Positions 24,481-34,986 of a stretch of 64,000 bases of DNA are shown here, one piece after another; within the stretch, counting starts at the first letter, position 1; every line of letters begins with the position of its first letter. Under the pieces are notes generated by a model, which was given only the letters and a program-made list of their open reading frames with translations, was not told the DNA's origin and did not search any database. The DNA is from Fidelibacterota bacterium (GTDB taxonomy: Bacteria > Fidelibacterota > SORT01). The stretch is from positions 62,119-126,118 of the forward strand of contig JACZTG010000006.1 in NCBI GenBank assembly GCA_022573815.1, read 5' to 3'. A program made the position numbers and the translations under genes.

Positions 24481-26493
24481 TCAGTTATAAATTTTGAGCC
24501 TGTCCCCGGGTTTTATCTGGGAATCTTCCGCCCAGGGATTCCATGCAATCATTTGTGATAGCGTTACACCATTCTTTTTTGCAATATCCCAGAGCGTATC
24601 TCCTCTGCGTACCGTATGCACCTTCAAATCTTTAGCACTCACCGTCGATTGGTTTTGTGTCACCTTCATCGTCCAGAGTTGTATTACTCTACCCTTTTTA
24701 ATTTCGCTGCTTTTAAGCGAATTCCAGAGTCTGATTTCATCTGATTTTACGTCGTATTTATTTGCAAGCGAGGATAAACTTTCCCTCTCTTCTATCCGAT
24801 GATGCGCGAGAAAGAGGCGGGGATCAGCCACCGAAAATTTAGGTTGTGAAATGTTCAAATACTCCGGATAATAAATCTTTATCAGTTCTCCCGCATAGAT
24901 CGGTTTACTGTACCTCAGTCCGTTCCACTTTCTGAGCTTAAGAGCCGTAGTGTTGAAATATTCCGCGATGTGGCCCAGCGTATCACCCTTTCTGACGCGG
25001 TATTTCAGAGCTTTACTCTTTTGGGGAACGGATGTCCGGCTCTCTATCCTTTTTGATGGAGCGGCGCCGAATACTTTTCCTCCGGTCGGAATAACAAGCA
25101 GTTTGCCTGCCCTGATACTGTTCCTGTTGCGAATGTCGTTTAATGAAACTATCTGACTCACCGAAACACCGTATTTAGTGGCAATGGTTGAAAGCGCTTC
25201 GCCCCGTTTAACTTTATGTCTCACATAACCCGTTCTTTCCGATTCAGGCAGTGCGGCGAAGTTCTTTTTGAACCGTTCCCTGGTGCCTTTTGGCAGAAGT
25301 AATGAGTAGCCCTTGTTCCTCGGTGGAGTGGATTTTCGCCTGAGTTCCGGGTTCAATGAGATAAGTTCTTTAAGACTGACTTCCGCCGCCTTGGAAATTA
25401 CGCTTAGCTTAATGCTTCCCTTTATAATAACTTCTTCGAATGACAGCGGAGATTCCGGGGTAACGTTAAACCCGAAGGCTGTCGGGTTTTCTCCTATGAT
25501 AGTTGCCGCTATAAAGGATGGAACGTAGTTTCTCGTCTCTCTCGGAAGAGTGGTTAACTCCCAATAATCATTGGTTCCTTCTCTCTTTAATGCACGCTTC
25601 ACCCTTCCCTCTCCCGAGTTATAAGCTGCCATAACAAGATACCAGTCACCGAATTGAGCATATAGATCTTTTATATATTTTGCCGCTGCATAGGTGGATT
25701 TTTTCGGATTTCTTCTCTCATCCACCCACCAGTCTCTCTTCAGTCCGTAAAGCCTGCCTGTTCCGTAAATAAACTGCCATGGGCCTGCTGCGTGCGCCCA
25801 TGAATAAGCTCTTGGCGAAAACCCGCTTTCAACCATGGCTAAATAAACCAGTTCCTTGGGTAAATCTTCTTCTTCAAGTATTTTTACGAACATCTCCTCG
25901 TAAACGCCTTTTCGCTTAAGCCAGAGCTCAAACGATTCAGACGCCTCTGTCTGGAAAAACCGTATGATTCTCATAACTCTGGAGTTAATATCCAGGGGGA
26001 TCTTTGTATCCAGGTTATCCGCAAATTCCTGCAGCACTTTCATTCCCAATCCGTCTGCGTCATCAATTGAATCGAAAAGTTCTAATTTCTCCATCAAAGA
26101 CATATCTGAGCCATTGCCGTATTTTAACTGCAACCTGCGGAGTGAAAATTGATAATCTTTCGAGACTTTATTGGCAGTCGCCTGAAATTCGTCATCAAAG
26201 AGCGCCGAAGTCCATTCGTGTATCTCTATCTCACCAAGGATTGAGACTGCCATTTCATATTCCTCTTTCATCCGAAGAGTATCGGACCTCTCTTCTGCGA
26301 TCAGAGCCTGAGCATAATGTATTTTGGCATCACGAAGGTCTTCCCAGCTGTCATCAAGAACAGACCTGCTCGTCATCGGACCAGCAGCCGTGTCGGATAA
26401 ATTGTTATCCGAATTAGCAGCCGGGGAACAGCTCCACAGAGCAAGTAGCAATATTAAAGCACCGAACTTATTATATATCATACTCTTACACAC
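24481..26493 (-). CDS. lytic murein transglycosylase (MltD-like) with four LysM domains
   Basis: 670 aa. SLT catalytic region (LVYLAMVESGFSPRAYSWAHAAGPWQF) followed by four LysM repeats (HKVKRGEALSTIA, YRVRKGDTLGHIA, HRIEERESLSSLA, HTVRRGDTLWDIA). Confidence 0.85.
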   Translation of the reverse strand: MCKSMIYNKFGALILLLALWSCSPAANSDNNLSDTAAGPMTSRSVLDDSWEDLRDAKIHYAQALIAEERSDTLRMKEEYEMAVSILGEIEIHEWTSALFDDEFQATANKVSKDYQFSLRRLQLKYGNGSDMSLMEKLELFDSIDDADGLGMKVLQEFADNLDTKIPLDINSRVMRIIRFFQTEASESFELWLKRKGVYEEMFVKILEEEDLPKELVYLAMVESGFSPRAYSWAHAAGPWQFIYGTGRLYGLKRDWWVDERRNPKKSTYAAAKYIKDLYAQFGDWYLVMAAYNSGEGRVKRALKREGTNDYWELTTLPRETRNYVPSFIAATIIGENPTAFGFNVTPESPLSFEEVIIKGSIKLSVISKAAEVSLKELISLNPELRRKSTPPRNKGYSLLLPKGTRERFKKNFAALPESERTGYVRHKVKRGEALSTIATKYGVSVSQIVSLNDIRNRNSIRAGKLLVIPTGGKVFGAAPSKRIESRTSVPQKSKALKYRVRKGDTLGHIAEYFNTTALKLRKWNGLRYSKPIYAGELIKIYYPEYLNISQPKFSVADPRLFLAHHRIEERESLSSLANKYDVKSDEIRLWNSLKSSEIKKGRVIQLWTMKVTQNQSTVSAKDLKVHTVRRGDTLWDIAKKNGVTLSQMIAWNPWAEDSQIKPGDRLKIYN

Positions 26494-26590
26494 TTTTATT
26501 TAACAAACCGCTTGAAAAATATACTCTATCTCCTGTATTGTCAATCACTTTTTAAATATTCCTTCATCGTTTAAGTGTGGTGACAGCATA

Positions 26591-27064
26591 TTAGTTACCT
26601 CCCGAAATCTTCTCTATTAGACTGTTTGTAGAGTAGCCTCTCCTGAGCTCAATCGATAGGACTTTCCCCCCGTATGACTCTACAAACTCCCTCCCTACGA
26701 TTTCATTTAATGAATAATCGGAACCTTTGACTAAAAAATCCGGTTTTAAAATTTTTATCAATTCCAAAGGCGTCTCTTCAGGAAAGATTACAACCGCATC
26801 CACACATTTAAATCCGGAGAGGAGTTCGGCTCTGTCCATTTCGCTGTTCAGCGGTCTCCCTTCACCCTTTAGAAGGTTGGCGGATGAATCCGAATTCAGT
26901 CCGACAATAAGAAGATCCGCCATTTTTTTGCTTTTAGTCAGGTAATCAAGATGGCCTACATGCAGCAGATCAAATACTCCGTTTGTAAAAACCACTTTTT
27001 TTCCATCTGTGCGAGCCTCTTCCCTCAGCTGGAGAGCATCTTCCGCCCGTATCGCTTTACCCAA
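26591..27064 (-). CDS. rfaE: D-glycero-beta-D-manno-heptose 1-phosphate adenylyltransferase (RfaE domain II type cytidylyltransferase)
   Basis: 157 aa with FTNGVFDLLHVGHLDYL, VGLNSDSS and GEGRPLNSEMDRAELL. Confidence 0.75.
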   Translation of the reverse strand: MGKAIRAEDALQLREEARTDGKKVVFTNGVFDLLHVGHLDYLTKSKKMADLLIVGLNSDSSANLLKGEGRPLNSEMDRAELLSGFKCVDAVVIFPEETPLELIKILKPDFLVKGSDYSLNEIVGREFVESYGGKVLSIELRRGYSTNSLIEKISGGN

Positions 27065-28487
27065 AGGAAATTCCCCTGGACTCCAACGACAACGGACAGT
27101 TAAGAGATTCCCTCCTTGAGCACCAGCGGTTGTAAAGCTGCAGCATTCCTTGCTGAATCAGCGATGAACCGGAAAACATAGGATTGTCCGGCGAGCTGGG
27201 CAGAACGAATCTTCTCACATGTTTTAATATAGAGTTATCCTGCTCAGCCGGATAAACAAAGAGAGTCCGATTAATTCTGCTTGCGAGGACGCTATCCTGT
27301 TCCTCTTCCGCTAAGACGCTTAATATCGGAAGTACTACGTTCAGAACAATTGATCGTGCTTTGTTTTTTCCTATCAGGGCCGTCTCTCTCGGCATATTCT
27401 TTCCAAACCTGGCCATTTTACTCCAGTAACCGTCTCCGGCTAAAATAAGGGAATTTTCGATAACCTTGATGAACCGCTCCGGATTAAGAGATTTTTTCGC
27501 GGCGAAAGATGCCAAATGCAGAAACCTGTCCGGATCATATCGCAGCAAAAATTCTCCTAAAGCCGCCATACGACGCGTCGGAAAATTCAGAGGGCGAAGT
27601 CTGAAAAAATTCCACTCATGGCCTTTCATAGGATGGGGCAGCTCTGATTTATCATACTTTTTCCAATTCTCTGCGATCTTTCGCCGCATTTCATCCTCTT
27701 CACCTGTTTCATACAAACCGGATATGCCATACAAAATTGAATTTAGAAGTAGTTTTTTGCCCTGAAAATCGGAAATATTCTGTGTGATTTTCTTAATTTT
27801 ATTCAATGGAAGCAATTTACAAAATTTACTGAATTGGTTCGAATTCTTGGAATATCCCAACGCTCGTGCGAATCCTCTATAAAACAGTTCGCCGTAACTT
27901 AATCCCGTTTCTCTTTGAAACTTGAATTCATTCTTTTTTTTATTGAATCGATCCTTGCCCAGCCGCAGAAGAAGCATATATACCTCTCCGGAATTCATTC
28001 TTGTCATCTCGTGATAACAGCCGTCATCCCATGGCCAGGATAATTTATTTTGAATCCTTGCTTCCCAATCCGGAGAAAGCGGAAATTTAACCGTGGGAAT
28101 ATTTTTCCCGTCACTGGTCAGACAGATTGTCTTTCCTGAATCGAACACTACAACGTGAAGGATTACGTCATTGTATGAAGGATTGGTGTGATGCATATGG
28201 TTATACCAGGATTTGGAATCCAAGTGAATCTCCACGTCTCCTCTCAGCGCCTCCCCGTTTATCAGCAGCATTGCATCTTTGAAATCCGGTCCGGAATCTC
28301 TGTTCACGACTCCCGGCTCGATCACCACCACTTTTTTCCCATCGCCGGTATACAGCTTTCCCGATAACGATTTACTCCACTTCAACCACCGGAGAGCGAT
28401 ATCGCTCTCTTTAAGAGATTCACCTGTATAAGGTTTGATTGATTCGGAAATAGCCCGATATGAGCTGTTGCTTCGGCTATATAACAT
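27057..28487 (-). CDS. DUF2851 family protein
   Basis: 476 aa. The N-terminal pattern GKKVVVIEPGVVNRDSGPDFKDAMLLINGEALRGDVEIHLDSKSWYNHMHHTNPSYNDVILHVV matches my recollection of the DUF2851 signature. Confidence 0.6.
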   Translation of the reverse strand: MLYSRSNSSYRAISESIKPYTGESLKESDIALRWLKWSKSLSGKLYTGDGKKVVVIEPGVVNRDSGPDFKDAMLLINGEALRGDVEIHLDSKSWYNHMHHTNPSYNDVILHVVVFDSGKTICLTSDGKNIPTVKFPLSPDWEARIQNKLSWPWDDGCYHEMTRMNSGEVYMLLLRLGKDRFNKKKNEFKFQRETGLSYGELFYRGFARALGYSKNSNQFSKFCKLLPLNKIKKITQNISDFQGKKLLLNSILYGISGLYETGEEDEMRRKIAENWKKYDKSELPHPMKGHEWNFFRLRPLNFPTRRMAALGEFLLRYDPDRFLHLASFAAKKSLNPERFIKVIENSLILAGDGYWSKMARFGKNMPRETALIGKNKARSIVLNVVLPILSVLAEEEQDSVLASRINRTLFVYPAEQDNSILKHVRRFVLPSSPDNPMFSGSSLIQQGMLQLYNRWCSRRESLNCPLSLESRGISFG

Positions 28488-29190
28488 CTTCCGGCACCAT
28501 ATTTTTCATAACGGCATCTCTTGTGGCTTGCACAAGAGCATTCCGATTGGAATTTTCAAGCCCGTCCGTTGATATCGGTTTGCCGATTGTTATTATAATA
28601 TTACCCGATTTCATCAATCCGCCCTTAGGAGCCAGCTTTCTGCTCCCCGAAATGGAGATCGGCACAATCGGAATCCCCATTCTTATTGCAAGAATAATTC
28701 CGCCTTTTTTGAATTTACCTATTTCTCCGGTGAGACTGCGTGTTCCTTCGGCGAATATCATCACCGATGAGCGGGTTTTCTTTAGCCTAACCGACGCTTG
28801 ATCAATCGATTTTACTGCGGATTCAAGATTTTGTCTGTCAATTCTAATATGGCCCGCCGCTAACATCGCCTGACCGAACAACGGAATCTTGAATAATTCT
28901 TTTTTTGCTAAAAACCGCAGCTTAAACGGCAGCGTCGCCATCGCTGCGGGTATATCAAGCAGACTGGCATGGTTGGATACGAACGCATAACTTTCGCTTA
29001 TTTCTAAATGTTCAAGACCTCTCAACTCAACTTTTGCGCCTGCCAGCTTCAGGATAACTCGAGCCCATACTATTATTATTTGTTCCATAGATTTACCTGT
29101 TCGATCCAAAATTAACGCCAGCAATCCGATAATACTTGCAAATCCTGTGAAGGGAACACCTAAGATTATTATAAACACCTTTCGAAACAT
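28477..29190 (-). CDS. plsC: 1-acyl-sn-glycerol-3-phosphate acyltransferase
   Basis: 237 aa with an N-terminal TM helix, the HX4D motif (NHASLLD) and FAEGTRS. Confidence 0.85.
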   Translation of the reverse strand: MFRKVFIIILGVPFTGFASIIGLLALILDRTGKSMEQIIIVWARVILKLAGAKVELRGLEHLEISESYAFVSNHASLLDIPAAMATLPFKLRFLAKKELFKIPLFGQAMLAAGHIRIDRQNLESAVKSIDQASVRLKKTRSSVMIFAEGTRSLTGEIGKFKKGGIILAIRMGIPIVPISISGSRKLAPKGGLMKSGNIIITIGKPISTDGLENSNRNALVQATRDAVMKNMVPEDVI

Positions 29191-29197
29191 AACTAAG

Positions 29198-30475
29198 CTA
29201 TGATCCTTCCGGCTTGATTATGGCGGTTCCCACATACGGCACCAATGGTTCCGGGAGATGGACATATCCTTCGTCCGTTTGGTGTGTTTCGAGCAGAGCC
29301 ACCATCAGCCGTGACGTAGCAAGTCCGCTTCCGTTCAGCGTATGTACGTAACCGATCTCTCCATCGCTGTTCCGATATCTTATATTACCTCGTCTCGCCT
29401 GAAAGTCTTCAAAATTGCTGCATGAGGAAACTTCCAAATATTTTTCCTCACCGGGCGCCCACACTTCAATGTCATAGCATTTTGCGGCGGCAAAGGAGAG
29501 ATCTCCCGTTGATAGTTCGATGATCTTGTAATGCAGCTCTAATCGTTTCAAAATTTCTTCGGCATTGGAAACAATGCTCTCTAACGCCTCATAAGACTCT
29601 TCGGGACGACTGAATTTCACCAGCTCCACCTTGTTGAATTGGTGGACTCTCAGGAAACCTCTCGTATCTTTTCCGTATGAGCCTGCCTCCCGCCTAAAGC
29701 ACGCGGAGTAAGCGACGTAAGATATCGGGAGCGAGGCGTCATCTAATATCTCATCACGATGGATATTCGTTACCGGTACTTCCGCAGTGGGAATCAGGTA
29801 GAGATCGTCCTGAGAAACAACGTACATATCTTCCTGAAATTTCGGAAGTTGGCCTGTAGTCAGAGCGCTTTCATAATTTACTAAAAAGGGTGGAAAGATC
29901 TCGGTATATCCGTTTTCTTCCGTTTGAAGGTCTAACATAAAATTAATTAATCCTCTCTCAAGTTTTGCTCCCAATCCGATGTAAAGCGGAAATCCCGACC
30001 CGGAAATCTTTGAAGAGCGTCCGAAATCGAATAAGCCCAGTGATTCGCCCAGCTCAAGGTGGTCTTTCAACTCAAAATCGCTCTCAATCTTTTTCCCCCA
30101 CTCTCTCACCTGCTTATTATCGCCGGCATCTCTGCCGATAGGGACCGATATGTGGGGCAGATTAGGGAAAAGGAGCATGATTTCCCTCAGCTCGGTTTCC
30201 ACCTCTTTTAGCGGTTGATCTAATTCTTTTATCTTGGCGGAAACGCTCCGCATTTCAGAAATCCGGTCATTTGAATTTTTTCCCTCTTTTTTAGCGCTGC
30301 TTATCTCGTCTGAGACCTTGTTTCTGATGGAACGCAGTGATTCAACCTCTTCAAGAATCGTCCTCCTCTTTTTGTCAAGTTCGAGGACCGACTTTATATC
30401 TACCTTCTCCCCTTTTGATTCGAGAGAAGTTGCGACCAGTTCGGGATTATTTCTTATTACTTTAATATCCAGCAT
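29198..30475 (-). CDS. serS: seryl-tRNA synthetase
   Basis: 425 aa. N-terminal coiled-coil arm (MLDIKVIRNNPE...) and class II motifs (FRREAGSYGKDTRGFLRVHQF, GSGLATSR). Confidence 0.95.
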   Translation of the reverse strand: MLDIKVIRNNPELVATSLESKGEKVDIKSVLELDKKRRTILEEVESLRSIRNKVSDEISSAKKEGKNSNDRISEMRSVSAKIKELDQPLKEVETELREIMLLFPNLPHISVPIGRDAGDNKQVREWGKKIESDFELKDHLELGESLGLFDFGRSSKISGSGFPLYIGLGAKLERGLINFMLDLQTEENGYTEIFPPFLVNYESALTTGQLPKFQEDMYVVSQDDLYLIPTAEVPVTNIHRDEILDDASLPISYVAYSACFRREAGSYGKDTRGFLRVHQFNKVELVKFSRPEESYEALESIVSNAEEILKRLELHYKIIELSTGDLSFAAAKCYDIEVWAPGEEKYLEVSSCSNFEDFQARRGNIRYRNSDGEIGYVHTLNGSGLATSRLMVALLETHQTDEGYVHLPEPLVPYVGTAIIKPEGS

Positions 30476-30566
30476 CGGATTGGAATATATTCATTTTCCC
30501 CCAAAATACAAAGCTCTCACTCCATCATTTCAAGAAGTTCATTATAACGGAAAAGGAGGAAAGTTT

Positions 30567-32141
30567 TTAGATATCTATTCTATAGGTGAAATAAAAGCGG
30601 TTATCAAAAACGACGACCCCTTCTTGCTTGCCGAAATTGTTCCAATTCATCCGTTGAAATTCTGCCTGAAAATATTGATCTTTCGCGAATTCCACACTGT
30701 ATCCTGCCGTAAATGTCAGGCGGCGTTCAACAACGCCCGATAAAAACTCTTTCAAATCTCCCGTTACCGGTCTTGAGAAAGTATCATCAAGCTGTCCTCT
30801 GCGTAACATGGCAAACGACAGTTTCAGCTTTACCCTCCAGTCAAGTGTGTTCACATAGGACAGAAACAGCTCATCGGAGTCGGGCCCTGCCCAGTGACCC
30901 ATGGGACGGTCATAATTGAAATACTCGTTACCAGATCTCACGTGCGTATATACGTATGGCTCTATCCGGGAATATTCGATCCTGAGAGTGGAATTTTTCA
31001 TATTCAGCGGCTTTGTAAACAGAACGCCGCTCAATACCGCCCATTTATTCCCCCAGTGCGTAAACGGATTTTTTAGCAGTTTATAGTCGTCTATGAATAA
31101 TTCCGCATATACGCTCGTATTTGATAACCTGTCATATGTGATGTCGAAGTTGATAGAATTATTGTCTCTGTCTCCAAGATGGTGCTCGGCAATGTGGAAC
31201 GGCATCAATGGAAGCGAATAAAGAATTTCGAATTTTGATCTGTTATATACCACGGTTTCGCCCGCTCCGATCCTCAAGCCTGTGATAGGGATAATATCCA
31301 GCCGATGGGCTGCTATCTTCTTATTTCCGCCTCTCCCGCGAATATCACCGATAAACCCGGAATAGCTGAGTTTTCTATATCTCACATCAAGCCTTATCAC
31401 ATCCATAGGCGGATTATTTGAGGAAAAGGTGAGTCCGCTCCTTCTCCCGGGCCCCCAGGTTATATTCTGCCGTCCTACAGTGATGTCAAACCAGGGCGCT
31501 CTGTATTTAAAGTATGAGATTGCGTCATCCCTATAGAGATTGCCGTCGTACGCCACAGCCGGCAGACCTTGAGACGGGTCAAAATTGTTTTGCGCTAATA
31601 CTCCCCCTTTTTCGAGAGTGTTGGTGAACCAGAGATAGAAATATAAATTACTCCCCAAGTATCCTCTTATCCTTGCTCCTCCCGTGGTTCGGGATATGTT
31701 TTGTTCTTCACGGTTATCATCTAAAAAACCGAGATCGTTCTCCTGATTGAAAAACGCATCAATGCTGAACCAGGATTCATCTTCACTCCACGTAAATAAA
31801 TGACGCTCTCTGAATTCATCAAGCACCTTCGTTTCGGGACTGTCGGGATCAGACAATATATCTCCTTTCAGCCGTTGAAGAATTTTCTGTTCGGTGTGAG
31901 ACAATAGCTCCGGGTTTTTTGTCTGTTTCTCTTCGGCCATCATCAGCAGCTCCCCGAACCGCTCTCGTGTTACCGGCTTCAATCCGGAAGAAAATCCGTC
32001 TATCATCCCTCTGGCGGAAAGCAGATCCAGGTAATCATAGCCCCAATGATTGGGATCGATATCCGTTGATTGAGCTGCGGAATGCGAATAAAGCAGGAGT
32101 GTAATGATCAGCGTCGAGAAGAACCTTTTCATAAATATCAT
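30567..32141 (-). CDS. outer-membrane capsule assembly protein, Wzi-like
   Basis: 524 aa. A signal peptide is followed by HWGYDYLDLLSARGMIDGF, then a beta-barrel-like alternation ending in aromatics. Lies in an EPS context. The true start may be the second Met (MKRFF). Confidence 0.5.
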   Translation of the reverse strand: MIFMKRFFSTLIITLLLYSHSAAQSTDIDPNHWGYDYLDLLSARGMIDGFSSGLKPVTRERFGELLMMAEEKQTKNPELLSHTEQKILQRLKGDILSDPDSPETKVLDEFRERHLFTWSEDESWFSIDAFFNQENDLGFLDDNREEQNISRTTGGARIRGYLGSNLYFYLWFTNTLEKGGVLAQNNFDPSQGLPAVAYDGNLYRDDAISYFKYRAPWFDITVGRQNITWGPGRRSGLTFSSNNPPMDVIRLDVRYRKLSYSGFIGDIRGRGGNKKIAAHRLDIIPITGLRIGAGETVVYNRSKFEILYSLPLMPFHIAEHHLGDRDNNSINFDITYDRLSNTSVYAELFIDDYKLLKNPFTHWGNKWAVLSGVLFTKPLNMKNSTLRIEYSRIEPYVYTHVRSGNEYFNYDRPMGHWAGPDSDELFLSYVNTLDWRVKLKLSFAMLRRGQLDDTFSRPVTGDLKEFLSGVVERRLTFTAGYSVEFAKDQYFQAEFQRMNWNNFGKQEGVVVFDNRFYFTYRIDI

Positions 32142-32150
32142 GCCGGAATT

Positions 32151-33551
32151 TTAGTGCCCTTTGCCGCTGAAGATAACTTTGATTGTTGACAGGATGATCT
32201 TGAAGTCCATCCGGAGCGACATATTTTCAATATAAAAGAGATCATATCTAAGTTTTCTTTTTACATCATCCAAAGATTCGTCGTATTTGTGTTTAATCTG
32301 CGCCCACCCTGTTATGCCGGGGCGAATTCTCATTCGCTTACTGTAAAGAGAAACTTCTTTTTTCAGCTTTTCCACGAAAAACGGTCGCTCGGGGCGCGGT
32401 CCCACCAAACTCATATTTCCCATCAGCACATTAATGAACTGCGGGACTTCGTCCAACCTGCTCTTCCTGAGAAAATATCCGACCCTTGTGATACGCGGGT
32501 CGTCTTCCGCAGCCCAAACAGGTCCTGTATCACTCTCCGCTTCTGCGCTCATTGACCTGTATTTAAATATCTCAAAAATTTGTTCGTCTCTTCCCGCCCG
32601 TTCCTGACTGTAAAGAATTTTTCCTTTTGAATCAATTTTGATGATAATGCCCAACAAAAGCCATATAGGGGAAAAAATCGTCAGCACGATTGTGGAGACA
32701 ACAATATCCACAACCCTTTTCATAGACCGTTCCCAGGCCGGCATCAATTCAGGAAGGATATCAATGAGAGGAAGTCCGTAAATCTGGTTTGTTCGTGCCT
32801 GTCCGCTTATGATATCGTACATATCAGGACTTATTTTTATCCCGACTGACACTCCATTAACATAATTTATCACGTCTAACAACCGTTCATGGTCATTTGA
32901 CGATAGTGAGAGGATTACTTCTTTTATACCATATTCCTTAATTATCTTCGGAAGATCTGATATAGAACCTAATACCTCTCCTCCGCTATCTGATTTTCCC
33001 ACATCTTCAACCCGCGTGGATATATATCCGATCACCTTGTAACCCAATCCGGGAAAAGAGCTGATCCTCGAGGATAACGCTCTACTCCTATCGTTCCACC
33101 CGACCAATATTGAAGGAAGTAATCCGATACCGTTGATAAATTGTTTCCGCAGCATCGATCGAAAAATAATACGGCCGCCGGAAACCGTTATTACCATCCC
33201 AAGCCAATATGTAATGACAAGCAGCCTGCCGAATGACATTAGCTCTGTTATCTGTATCGTAACGATAAACAGTATCAATGTCCCCACAGATACCGTTTTA
33301 AAAACGCTCATCGCTTCATCGAGTCGAGAAGAAGGGCTTTTTATATTATAGAGTCCCGCAAACCAAAAAACGAGAACCCATGCACCCGACATCGATAGAA
33401 AGGGTAAAATAATTTCTCCGAAAGAAAGCGGCACGGGATTATCCACTACCCCTAACCTGAACTTGAAAAGATAGAAAATTAACAACGCCGCAAGCGATGT
33501 GAAAAAATCTAAAAGAACCAATAAAATGGTTTCGTTCTTTTTAAGAATCAA
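32151..33551 (-). CDS. polyprenyl-phosphate glycosyl-1-phosphate transferase (WbaP/exopolysaccharide initiating sugar transferase)
   Basis: 466 aa. Four to five N-terminal TM helices and a C-terminal Bac_transf domain (SLVGPRPERPFFV ... RPGITGWAQI). Confidence 0.85.
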   Translation of the reverse strand: MILKKNETILLVLLDFFTSLAALLIFYLFKFRLGVVDNPVPLSFGEIILPFLSMSGAWVLVFWFAGLYNIKSPSSRLDEAMSVFKTVSVGTLILFIVTIQITELMSFGRLLVITYWLGMVITVSGGRIIFRSMLRKQFINGIGLLPSILVGWNDRSRALSSRISSFPGLGYKVIGYISTRVEDVGKSDSGGEVLGSISDLPKIIKEYGIKEVILSLSSNDHERLLDVINYVNGVSVGIKISPDMYDIISGQARTNQIYGLPLIDILPELMPAWERSMKRVVDIVVSTIVLTIFSPIWLLLGIIIKIDSKGKILYSQERAGRDEQIFEIFKYRSMSAEAESDTGPVWAAEDDPRITRVGYFLRKSRLDEVPQFINVLMGNMSLVGPRPERPFFVEKLKKEVSLYSKRMRIRPGITGWAQIKHKYDESLDDVKRKLRYDLFYIENMSLRMDFKIILSTIKVIFSGKGH

Positions 33552-33619
33552 AAAGTCATATCCCTATACAAAATAACCTGTTCTTCTTATTCTTTATTAA
33601 TAAGAATGTGACCGACTTA

Positions 33620-34879
33620 TTAAAAAATACCGGCGGCTTTCGCAGATAAAATTAAGGACGTAATGGGCAATATGATGTTATACATATCTCTGAACGAGCG
33701 GCTGAGCTTCCTCGGTACCATAACATTGTCTCCCCTTTGTACGATGATCTTTGAATTTCCTTTTACGACCGAACCATCCCTGATAACTTTCACCTTATTT
33801 CCCTTTCCGCTGTCTCTCGGGCCCCCGGCGTAACCGAGATAATCTTCAGCCGTCATATCGGGAATGTACGGGTATGCACCGGGATGTGCCACCTCCCCAG
33901 TTATGTACACCATTTCATTGAAAAGCGGAATGATTATCCTGTCTCCCGGCAACGGTCTGAAATTTTTCATTTCCGAGAGCGATCTGCCTACCTGAATGAT
34001 TCTATTGTTTTCTCCGCTTCCACGTCTGACATAAACACTACTCATATCCGAAAGCCTTGAATAGACTCCGGTTCTTACCAAAAGATCGGAAAGATATTCA
34101 TTATCCTTTAAATAGAACGATCCTGAACGTGAATCATAGGATTCAATAGTCACTACGCTCCCGGATAGATCAAGAGTCGGAACGTTAATCACGTCGCCGT
34201 TGGATAATCGAATATTATTATCTGTAACACCCTTGTTTATATATTCCAGATAATCAAAAGTTTTGACAACCCCGGAACTGGATGTGACGGTTATATTTGT
34301 CCCGTCTGCAAGTCCATCCAATCCGTGCGCCATATCAATGATATCAGCAATCCTGTCAACCGCCCTGGCCTTATACGTGCCCGGCAGGGAGACATTGCCT
34401 GTAAGATACACCCTGAATAATCTCAGCTGCTCTAACGATACGGAAACATCAACGTCGGAATATATTTTCTTACTGAATCTTAATATTTTATTTATTGCCG
34501 CTTCAAGCGTCAGACCGCTAATATATACAGATCCTACCGTCGGAACTTCAAGATTACCCACAGGAGATACTATTGCTTCATATTGTTCATTTACGCTTCC
34601 CCATATATTTATCGAAAACAGATCTCCCGGTCCGACGATATATTCCTTCGGGTTTAATGCACCATCAAGAACCTGATCCAATAATTCTTTCATCCTCTCC
34701 TGCATTTTCTCTTTTCTATCGGCGAGTCTTTTTTGTCTTTCTTTATTCATCTCAATTCGTACTCTGTCCATTTCCGTAGTCGCCCGTCTCTGAGCCTGGA
34801 TTTGGACTGTATTAACCAGTAAAAACAGCAATATCAGCGCCAATTGAGTCAGTATGAATCGGGTAAAATTGTTCTTCAC
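33620..34879 (-). CDS. polysaccharide export protein (Wza-like, Poly_export plus SLBB domains)
   Basis: 419 aa. Signal peptide, YIVGPGDLFSINIWG, repeated SLBB-like GDxIxVP motifs, and a C-terminal hydrophobic helix. Confidence 0.8.
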   Translation of the reverse strand: MKNNFTRFILTQLALILLFLLVNTVQIQAQRRATTEMDRVRIEMNKERQKRLADRKEKMQERMKELLDQVLDGALNPKEYIVGPGDLFSINIWGSVNEQYEAIVSPVGNLEVPTVGSVYISGLTLEAAINKILRFSKKIYSDVDVSVSLEQLRLFRVYLTGNVSLPGTYKARAVDRIADIIDMAHGLDGLADGTNITVTSSSGVVKTFDYLEYINKGVTDNNIRLSNGDVINVPTLDLSGSVVTIESYDSRSGSFYLKDNEYLSDLLVRTGVYSRLSDMSSVYVRRGSGENNRIIQVGRSLSEMKNFRPLPGDRIIIPLFNEMVYITGEVAHPGAYPYIPDMTAEDYLGYAGGPRDSGKGNKVKVIRDGSVVKGNSKIIVQRGDNVMVPRKLSRSFRDMYNIILPITSLILSAKAAGIF

Positions 34880-34986
34880 CGTATGTAAGTCCTTGTAATT
34901 ATTAAATTTATCATAAAGTCTACTTCAGGTATAATAGCTGTTATCCCTTGCTATCAACGCATTATAATTATTTTTGTTCCTAAATC

